Origin: Oopsacas minuta
Taxonomy: Eukaryota; Animalia; Porifera
DNA length: 19,414 nucleotides
Direction: 5' to 3'
Assembly (NCBI GenBank): GCA_024704765.1
Contig: JAKMXF010000116.1
Location: 1-19,414 of the forward strand
Position 1 is the first letter of the stretch, and every line of letters begins with the position of its first letter. This document shows, piece after piece, positions 11,137-18,581 of this stretch. The notes beneath the pieces are model-generated. The model made no database searches and had not been told where the DNA came from. It was given only the letters and a program-made list of their open reading frames with translations. The translations under genes and the position numbers were made by a program.

Positions 11137-14100
11137 ATGCAAGCTCTGCATAGACCAAATCTTACAGATATTGATTTGTCGTCTCACGCCGGATTCGGAG
11201 ACTCGATGAGCCTCCCTACTACACCGGATCGGACGAGATCAAAACCATTTCTAAAACCAAAACCTAAAAACATACCAACCTCAGTTCTCAGAGGTACTAT
11301 AACTAACTCTATAACAGATTCTCGTATTGAGTCAGCTCGTGCTGTATCCATGCTACCTACCGTTCCTCTCTCAACCGACTCAGCTTCATCACAGCTCTCA
11401 GAAGACAGTACCTACAATCCGTCAGAGACACAAATGGACAGTCCCAATCGTGTTTCTCAGTACCCCGCTTTCAGGTCTCGTCCCCTTGTTGCTCATAGAT
11501 CATTTGATATGATCGGGGGTGCAAGAGACAGCTCCTCGTCCTCTACCCAGCTAAGTGAAGCGGAGCCTCCAGATGTCCTAACCCGGTCTATATCTAACCA
11601 GGAGACCGTTCCTACTGACGTCATACCGTCACCTAAACCACGCCCCTCTGCTAATTCCCCCTCTCCCCTCCTCTTGATGGACAGACGCTCTCGTGTTCAG
11701 GATCTAGTCTCTAAGTTCGATGCTATCTCTCTCAATACGTCACGGGCTGGAGTACCAGTCATCCCAGGTAAGGGATCTCCTCGGAGATGTGTCAGCGCTA
11801 TGACCCATCGAGAGGATCATCCTGTCCAGCCCTCCCCTCCCCCTCAGAACAAGAATGTTCGCCCTCCTAAAGCTAAAGACGAGGAAATTAAAATCAAACG
11901 AAATAAATTCTTTAATCGTAAATTCTCACCAAAAACCAAGATAGACACGCGAGAAGACAGTCCCTCCCTGAACCGTAGAACTAGTATCCTAGACTCTCCT
12001 ATAGTAGAAAGGTCTGAGAGTCTTTACGAGAGTAAAAGTCTAGACAGAGCAAGTATGAAGAAATCTAGAGATAAGAAGAGGAAGGAAAGTTTCCTCAACT
12101 TTATCACCGGAAGTCCGAAGAATTCTACCAGTGATTTGACTGAGCCCGCTCCTACCTCTCCTCCATCCGGAGAGATTCTAAACGGAGAAACAAACACACC
12201 AGAAGCTAAGAAGAAAACAAAGAAAGTTAAAGGCAAGAATATAATGAAGAATATGCTACGTACACATAAAAATACAGCTAAACAGAATAGTAATGAGGAT
12301 CTGAGCAAGGAGCAGAACAAACACAAGAAGAAGCGGAAACAGGTTGAGATAGTACCAAATAATTCAGCTGACTTTGAGAATACAGTAGAGATACAAATCG
12401 TTAAACAGGACACAAGTAAGAGTTCTAAATCGGAAACGAAGAATGATAAAAAATCTAGAAAGAGCTCAGTAGATAAATCACAATCTTTCCAGCCGATTTG
12501 TTCAGAATCATTCTACACAGATCTGGACGATATAGAAGCTAATCGCAGATCCTGGATAGATCCCTATGATTCCCCTCTCTCCCAAAAACGACCCGGCTCT
12601 AAGCGTGACTCCGCTTACGACAGCGAACAGTCCCGAGGAGACAGTGCCATCCAGGAGCCCCACCGCCTCACATTCAAACCCTCCCTAGCCGATGAAATTC
12701 TAGAACAGGTGGGTATACACAGAGACTCCTTAGTTGTAGTTAATGACATGTACGAGAGCATATCTCTGAGTGACAGACCTACTCCCATAAGTCTAACCGA
12801 TGAGGATCAGAATTCATTCAACTCTGATGATGACTCACACAAGACTCCAGTGGAATTTGACTATACCAATGATCCTCTCATAAACGCCCCTGCTGCTCCA
12901 TTAGCCCCCCTCCTTACATCAGATGACATGTATGATGATATTATAGTACGGGAGATACCTTGTGATAGTAAGTTTAGTGAGACAGAGGCCTGTGTATCAG
13001 TAGAGCCCTGTAGCAACACGCTTACACCTGTCACGCCTCTCAACGGCTCGGTCAGTCCCTCTCTTATTTATGAGAACTTCAATGACTCAGTAGAAGAAGG
13101 TATACCTTCCCGCAGTTACTCGGATTCAGCTGCTAACAGCAGTTTCCTCTACGACCTGCCATATGAGCCCTCTGACAAGAGACACACCCTCACTAGTCAG
13201 CCCCGTCCCTCCCTCTTCAAGATATCTCCCCTAGAAACCTCTCTGGAGCTAGATCTGTATGAATCTGTAGAGGTGTCACGCGATATGATACCCCGATCAA
13301 ATAACGCAAAACCGATGCTATCTGCTCCATCTAGTGTATCTCACAAGTGTGACGTAACCATTGATAAGGAGCACCCACAGACCTCTAGTAACCCACCAAA
13401 ACGACCCTCTACCATATTCACTACAGACACAACCTCGTTATACAGATCTACTGGTATAGCCTCTGTAGAAGCACTGATACTCGAAGCTAGCATTGCTTGT
13501 AAGAAGAAGTCATTTGGTGAGAATACCACTCCTGCCGTGTCTAATAAGGAGGTAGCACCTAGAATTGAAAATGTTCCTAGTCAGGAAAAGCCAATCCCAG
13601 AGGCTGAACCCACCCCACGTGCTTCTGAAGGGGACAGTTTCTCTGACAGCTCTGACAATGAGATGGAATCCATCACAGATTGGTCCCTTAGAGACCGCTC
13701 CTCCTGCTCTTCTCCTGTCTCTATAGAAGAAATAATATCATCTGTCAGAGTGATATACAGCTACAGTGCTCAGTTCCCTGACGATATCTCCCTGAAGGAA
13801 GGGGACATTATCAACGTGCTAGATACCACTGATCCTATGTGGTGGATAGGCAGACATAGCATTACTCTACGTAGAGGATATTTCCCATCCTCCTATGTAG
13901 AGCCCTATACACAGGAGTTATTGGATGTTTCTTTCGATGAGGACACGATCTATTTAGACATCTGTCCTGAGGAAACCATCTCTCCTCAGAGTAACAAATC
14001 TCACCTCAAGAGACGGAGTGCAATTAAACGCTCTAAATCTAACGTATCTGACTCCAGCAGCAAGCCTGCAGTTTCTAAGCTTTCTCAGGATGAGATGCGG

Positions 14101-15297
14101 TATAGAGTTATAGAAGAACTGGTCAGTACTGAACGTAACTTCCTAAAATCTCTGAAGATAGTAATCAAATGCCGGGATGAGTGTGTTAAGAGAGTAGGAA
14201 CACTCCGGCCTGATTCTCTCTTCACTACAATAGAGATACAGCAGGTATTCAACAATATTGAAGAATTGTATCATTTCGAAGAGATATTCTTAAGAGAACT
14301 TAATGAGTGTGTTAAAGAATATAAATACGAGTCTTCAATGGTTGGGAATCTGTTCGTTAGGCACGAGCAGGGATTTAAAGACGTATATATTCCATACTGT
14401 AACAACCAGACTGTGTCCAGCTGTAGGCTGAGTATGTTAATGGAGGACACTCGTCATCTCCAGTTCTTCAGGAGCTTCACAGTACTAACCACTGAGGATA
14501 AGTTGCCCATTGAAGCGTACCTGCTTAAACCTGTCCAGAAGATTTGTAAGTACCATTTACAGCTGAAGGAACTACTGAAGAGTACCTCGCCCTCTCACCC
14601 TGATCATCCACATGTGGAGCAAGCATTAGAGGTTATGAAGGGAGTTACTGCTAATATTAACGAGAAGAAGCGTCGTATTGACAATCTGCCCACTATCCTA
14701 AGCCTCCAGCACTCTATAGACAACTGGATTGGCCCTGACATACTCGACAATTCCACTACATTACTGCAGTCTGGTAAACTGTATAAGATATCTAAAGGAC
14801 ATTCTCAAGAGAGGAAATTCTATCTATTCGATAATCTCTTGCTCTATTGCAAGGAGGATGCTCTACGTACTCTTAAAATGAAAGGTAGAATTACATTGAA
14901 TGAAGAGAATATTGTTAAAGACTTGGATGATGATCAATTACATCACAACGGTATCCCGCTAAAGAATGCATGGAAAATTATTAACCGTGTTAAAGACAAG
15001 GAATATATTATCTACACCAAGGATGCTAGAACCAAACGGGACTGGTTGGATGGATTCAAACGTGAGAGAGAAATGGTTGGGAAAGACAAGCTTGATAACT
15101 TTAAGATAGCACCACGTGATTTAGAAGATGCTTTGTTTGTAATAGATTGCAACAAAAAGAGGAAGAAGAAGGGTAATACAGCTCGTACGAAAAGTATCGG
15201 TTTCGAATTTATCCAAAAATCACGCTCTTTAGGCAAAGAGAAGAGTAAACCGGAAATACTTAGTTCTGCTGACGTTGTTCATTCAATGGCTACTTGA
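11137..15297 (+). CDS. Dbl-family RhoGEF, SH3-DH-PH, ARHGEF4/ARHGEF9/SPATA13 (Asef/collybistin)-like
   Basis: Uninterrupted 1386-codon ORF, visibly more GC-rich than its flanks. It has a canonical SH3 (YSY...WWIG...GYFPSSYV), DH (EELVSTER...LLKPVQKICKYHLQLKELLK...NINE) and PH (FYLFDNLLLYCK...KRDWLDGF), with about 870 aa of Ser/Pro/Lys-rich N-terminus. The in-frame stop at 11131 fixes the start. Confidence 0.96.
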   Translation: MQALHRPNLTDIDLSSHAGFGDSMSLPTTPDRTRSKPFLKPKPKNIPTSVLRGTITNSITDSRIESARAVSMLPTVPLSTDSASSQLSEDSTYNPSETQMDSPNRVSQYPAFRSRPLVAHRSFDMIGGARDSSSSSTQLSEAEPPDVLTRSISNQETVPTDVIPSPKPRPSANSPSPLLLMDRRSRVQDLVSKFDAISLNTSRAGVPVIPGKGSPRRCVSAMTHREDHPVQPSPPPQNKNVRPPKAKDEEIKIKRNKFFNRKFSPKTKIDTREDSPSLNRRTSILDSPIVERSESLYESKSLDRASMKKSRDKKRKESFLNFITGSPKNSTSDLTEPAPTSPPSGEILNGETNTPEAKKKTKKVKGKNIMKNMLRTHKNTAKQNSNEDLSKEQNKHKKKRKQVEIVPNNSADFENTVEIQIVKQDTSKSSKSETKNDKKSRKSSVDKSQSFQPICSESFYTDLDDIEANRRSWIDPYDSPLSQKRPGSKRDSAYDSEQSRGDSAIQEPHRLTFKPSLADEILEQVGIHRDSLVVVNDMYESISLSDRPTPISLTDEDQNSFNSDDDSHKTPVEFDYTNDPLINAPAAPLAPLLTSDDMYDDIIVREIPCDSKFSETEACVSVEPCSNTLTPVTPLNGSVSPSLIYENFNDSVEEGIPSRSYSDSAANSSFLYDLPYEPSDKRHTLTSQPRPSLFKISPLETSLELDLYESVEVSRDMIPRSNNAKPMLSAPSSVSHKCDVTIDKEHPQTSSNPPKRPSTIFTTDTTSLYRSTGIASVEALILEASIACKKKSFGENTTPAVSNKEVAPRIENVPSQEKPIPEAEPTPRASEGDSFSDSSDNEMESITDWSLRDRSSCSSPVSIEEIISSVRVIYSYSAQFPDDISLKEGDIINVLDTTDPMWWIGRHSITLRRGYFPSSYVEPYTQELLDVSFDEDTIYLDICPEETISPQSNKSHLKRRSAIKRSKSNVSDSSSKPAVSKLSQDEMRYRVIEELVSTERNFLKSLKIVIKCRDECVKRVGTLRPDSLFTTIEIQQVFNNIEELYHFEEIFLRELNECVKEYKYESSMVGNLFVRHEQGFKDVYIPYCNNQTVSSCRLSMLMEDTRHLQFFRSFTVLTTEDKLPIEAYLLKPVQKICKYHLQLKELLKSTSPSHPDHPHVEQALEVMKGVTANINEKKRRIDNLPTILSLQHSIDNWIGPDILDNSTTLLQSGKLYKISKGHSQERKFYLFDNLLLYCKEDALRTLKMKGRITLNEENIVKDLDDDQLHHNGIPLKNAWKIINRVKDKEYIIYTKDARTKRDWLDGFKREREMVGKDKLDNFKIAPRDLEDALFVIDCNKKRKKKGNTARTKSIGFEFIQKSRSLGKEKSKPEILSSADVVHSMAT
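13744..13905 (+). other. SH3 domain of the RhoGEF
   Basis: VRVIYSYSAQFPDDISLKEGDIINVLDTTDPMWWIGRHSITLRRGYFPSSYVEP. Confidence 0.92.
14089..14667 (+). other. DH (RhoGEF catalytic) domain
   Basis: Conserved CR1 (EELVSTERNF) and CR3 (LLKPVQKICKYHLQLKELLK) and C-terminal NINE. Boundaries approximate. Confidence 0.93.
14761..15063 (+). other. PH domain
   Basis: LLQSGKLYKISKGHSQERKFYLFDNLLLYCK ... NAWKIIN ... KRDWLDGFKR. Boundaries approximate. Confidence 0.9.
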
Positions 15298-15573
15298 ATA
15301 ATTCACGGACCAATGATAGAGATGTATATTTTATACTTTATTTTAGTTAAATGACTGATTGTTGTACAAATTGTATTCATTGATTGAACTAATTAATTAT
15401 TGTCAACTGGGTGAACAGATATTTCTTGCAATTTCTTTATCACTGTTGAATATGCTATGATTAATATTCATGATATAATTTCAAAATACTCACATTTTTA
15501 AGGGTCGAATATACATAATTGTTGTTATCTCAGTGTTAACGAGCTTTGGGGTCGTAATTTATTGATATTTATT

Positions 15574-15612
15574 CAGGGAAGTCGCCATGGGGGAATTGGG
15601 GGAAATGCCCCC
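15574..15612 (+). mobile_element. Harbinger-like left-end relic
   Basis: CAG|GGAAGTCGCCATGGGGGAATTGGGGGAAATGCCCCC: G-rich terminal style like the adjacent element, with no partner end. Confidence 0.35.
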
Positions 15613-15639
15613 TTTCATAAACTCAAGCTTCATGTCCTG

Positions 15640-15762
15640 TAGCGGATCCAGGGGGATATAACCCTCCCCATCAGGATAATCCTACACGTGAATGTTTGAA
15701 ATTGAACCATTATATGTTGAGTTGCACTGAAATATTCACCAAATTCCCCCCTGGATACGCCA
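15640..15762. mobile_element. 123-bp PIF/Harbinger-like MITE
   Basis: 16-bp TIRs, TAGCGGATCCAGGGGG (15640-15655) and CCCCCTGGATACGCCA (15747-15762), with 2 mismatches. CTG flanks both sides (15637-15639 and 15763-15765), matching the 3-bp CWG target duplication known for animal Harbingers. Confidence 0.75.
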
Positions 15763-15929
15763 CTGAATATGATATACATTACTTTTGTGCCCTGTAAATT
15801 TTTTATTTTTGATTTCTAGTTTCACGGAGATTATCGATGATAGATTTCAGTTTGAATTAGAATTATATTTCTTAGTACAAGCAGGTAACGTATTTTCTTT
15901 CTTTGATTTCTATTTTACAGATTACGTAT

Positions 15930-15942
15930 CAGGGGTGTAGCC
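15930..15942 (+). mobile_element. Short Harbinger-like end relic
   Basis: CAGGGGTGTAGCC; short and solo. Confidence 0.25.
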
Positions 15943-16003
15943 GTGTAGGAGTAGGTGTTAATGTTATCTAAAATTCTTGGGAGCATTCATATAGTACGTA
16001 TTA

Positions 16004-16267
16004 CAGTACACCCTCACTAATCCGGACAGCACAGTTCTAATTGCAAAATAATCCGTTCGGATTAGCGAAATGAATATTGTAGGATCTAGCAGCCCATCTT
16101 TTCCAAAAGTAATACAATTGATGAAAGTATTGCCAACACATGTAATATAGTATTAGATATTTATCTGCAATAAAATTGGATATATATTTGTCATTTTATA
16201 AATTTTAGACAATTTTCCATAGATTGTATAAGCCTTAGGCAATGTTCTGATTAGCGAAGGTCTACTG
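16004..16267. mobile_element. 264-bp pogo/Tigger (TcMar)-like MITE
   Basis: TA|CAGTACACCCTCACTAATC ... GATTAGCGAAGGTCTACTG|TA: 19-bp TIRs with 3 mismatches, TA on both flanks, and an internal subterminal CGGATTAGCGAA (16058-16069). Related to 1848-2019. Confidence 0.72.
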
Positions 16268-16618
16268 TATTAGCATAACGAGGTATTATTTGTGTTCTTT
16301 TAATGACGAAACAAGAGCTTTGCAATTGCCTCTGCATGCTTCCCTTATGAACCAAGCCAGTACAACACTATAATATCATTCGCGAAGATTTGTATTAATT
16401 TTCGTTCCCTTAATATGAAGTCTTTTGAATATACTAGTAATAATTTTGGTCCCACTGGGTTTCACAATAAACGACCCTAACTATAATCCATTTTAGCTAA
16501 TTAAGTTAGCTTTATCCTAGAAACCTAGACTTATGTATACGATTCTCCTTGCTCAAGGGGTAGTAAAATAATTTTTGCAGATTTCTATTTCGCGATTCTA
16601 CAGTAGAACTGGTTATAA

Positions 16619-17932
16619 ATGCAGGTAGAAAGGAACTTGGTGTTATTCAGGGGTGTGGACAGTGTTAAGAGTTCCCTAACAGATCTAATATTCGGACAAG
16701 ATAACGTAAGAATATCTCCTCATGGCAGAGAAGTGAGAGCATCAAGTTCATGTTTGAGAATATTTGAAACCAATTCAGATGATAGAGAGTTATGTTTACA
16801 TATTTTGAGATCACAAACATTAGAGACCTGTTTTGTTGTTGTTATTGACATAACTAAAAGTACTGAGTTTGTTAACAAATTAGAAAGTTTGAAACATTTG
16901 TCTGATCACCTAGCTGACTGGTCATATTCCCTATTTGGCAATTGTTTGATTACCTTTACTCACACCAATGAGCTAGCAGCTGGAGTTGATAAACAACAGC
17001 TGGTGGATAGAGAATTTGGAGAGATCTTATCTCTAGTGAATAGGAGGTATATGTTCGTAAATTCTACTATTGTGACACAGGAGAATAGAGATAGAGTGTT
17101 AGATGAATTGTTACATCTTTCTAAACCTATTTTGACAATTCTCTGTTATGGAAACAATGAGTTTACAAGTGGGGAACTACAATTCAATTTAACTGAAGAA
17201 AAGACTCGAAATATTCCTTATCGTATTTCCATTCATCACGCTCCAGATCTCGATCTCTCTAATGCATTCACACAACCTGTCTACACACCAGAACTTGCCC
17301 GATTAATTAGACAACCAGACCGGATCAGAATAGGAGTATCAGTATTCTTAATCCTGATTAGCTTGGATAGTATTTTCAGTCAATCAATGTTTGATCTAAT
17401 TACAGATATACCAAATCTACATGGGTTAAGAAATGAATGTAGTGAGTATTTTTGGAGCAAAGCTGTAATAGCATTTGATACGAATGGACATCCTAACCCT
17501 GAGGAGATGATAAGACTCTCTATTAATGGTAATGATGGAATTAAGAATATGGTTAATAAAGTAGGAGGAAAGTATGTTTATCTTTCTCAAGTCAGGCTAG
17601 ATGCTTTAATGAATGATTTATTGGTTCAAAGTCAAAAAGTAGGACTGATTAATCAGAATAATGAATTCATTGGTGGAGGAGATGTTAATGGAAGAGCTCT
17701 ACGAGTTAAGAAATCATTCCTGCCAACAATGTGGAATGCTTCTTCACTAGAGTTATATGTTTTTTTTCTCTCTAAAGTATTGTGCTTTTACCGGGTATAT
17801 GTATTTCCAATATCTTGGAGATCAATAATATCGAGATTTTTGAAAATTTTCAAAAACAAAAAGCTACCTTCCCTTTTCCGTCTACTCATTCAATTCTTTA
17901 AATTTCACATTTCCAACCATGTTCAGTGTTAA
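16619..17932 (+). CDS. Tandem AIG1/GIMAP-like double-domain protein 1, probable pseudo-GTPase; C-terminus uncertain
   Basis: RNLVLFRGVDSVKSSLTDLIFG resembles the AIG1 LVLVGKTGSGKSATGNTILG. Also LITFTHTNEL (G4 region), LVNRRYMFVN, and a second repeat with GVSVFLILISL..FS, FWSKAVIAF and MVNKVGGKYVYL. In-frame TAA immediately precedes the ATG. Clearly paralogous to 18578-19414. The last ~60 codons may read into intron/repeat DNA. Confidence 0.78.
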   Translation: MQVERNLVLFRGVDSVKSSLTDLIFGQDNVRISPHGREVRASSSCLRIFETNSDDRELCLHILRSQTLETCFVVVIDITKSTEFVNKLESLKHLSDHLADWSYSLFGNCLITFTHTNELAAGVDKQQLVDREFGEILSLVNRRYMFVNSTIVTQENRDRVLDELLHLSKPILTILCYGNNEFTSGELQFNLTEEKTRNIPYRISIHHAPDLDLSNAFTQPVYTPELARLIRQPDRIRIGVSVFLILISLDSIFSQSMFDLITDIPNLHGLRNECSEYFWSKAVIAFDTNGHPNPEEMIRLSINGNDGIKNMVNKVGGKYVYLSQVRLDALMNDLLVQSQKVGLINQNNEFIGGGDVNGRALRVKKSFLPTMWNASSLELYVFFLSKVLCFYRVYVFPISWRSIISRFLKIFKNKKLPSLFRLLIQFFKFHISNHVQC

Positions 17933-18028
17933 TCTCTATTTCGGATCCTCTTACGTTTTTTAATATATTTGTTACTATTCTTGATTGTGTTTAGAATATT
18001 CAATTATGAACCTGGCCTGGTTAATATA

Positions 18029-18057
18029 CAGCAGAACCTCGAGCCCTCGATTATCCG
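18029..18057 (+). mobile_element. Internally deleted pogo/Tigger-like left end
   Basis: TA|CAGCAGAACCTCGA followed by CCTCGATTATCCG. Confidence 0.4.
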
Positions 18058-18410
18058 TGTGAAAAGAAATATTCCAATTATTATTTTTGTGATTGACAGG
18101 AATGTAAATCTGCTTGTCAACTTCTAATTAAACGATATCATAATGTTAGACCAATATTCAGTTCGATATTGTTAATACTTTAATTTGGAATTCTTTTTAT
18201 TGATTACAGCAACACGTATCGTAATATGATAGACCTATGGCAATCTGTTAATTCATTAATTAACACCAAATTGGTAACATGATTTAGAATTTTTGACAAA
18301 GAACAGAAGTTCATAACATTATTGTTCAGATATGTAGATTGTGAATTTGAACTAGACATACTTTCAATCATAATGTTTTATTGTATTGACATCAAGACAG
18401 CCCCATTACA

Positions 18411-18576
18411 GTAAGTATAATTTGCATGGAAATTTAGACATTGGCTGAATTGATGGGAAACTCAGAAACAAGTTTGCCAAAGCAGGAAACAAAGCCAACA
18501 CCTCCATTACCCGTACAAACCCCGCCACGTAAGGTTACACTAATTCCTTCGAAAGAAATTTTGATCGCACTTTCAG
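18411..18576 (+). other. Candidate 166-nt GT-AG intron upstream of GIMAP-like gene 2
   Basis: Donor ACA|GTAAGT at 18411 and acceptor TTTCAG| at 18576. Splicing joins ATG 18373 (MFYCIDIKTAPL, phase 2) in frame to MNNIK. Confidence 0.4.
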
Positions 18577-18581
18577 CATGA
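18453..18581 (+). CDS. 42-aa ORF MGNSETS...PTPPLPVQTPPRK..., overlapping the next start (ATGA)
   Basis: MGNSETSLPKQETKPTPPLPVQTPPRKVTLIPSKEILIALSA*. It fits MGxxxS/T and is Pro-rich. The stop TGA (18579-18581) overlaps ATG 18578. Confidence 0.3.
   Translation: MGNSETSLPKQETKPTPPLPVQTPPRKVTLIPSKEILIALSA

Noticed and set aside
11327-15236. ORFs 11327, 12024, 12861, 13341 and 15012 inside the RhoGEF
   Set aside because: Alternative-frame or antisense shadows of a long, compositionally biased CDS.
18556-18562. AAATTTT slippery heptamer as a -1 frameshift fusing the MG-ORF to gene 2
   Set aside because: The heptamer is phased to the downstream frame, not to the upstream ORF's codons (GAA ATT TTG), so canonical -1 slippage is not supported.
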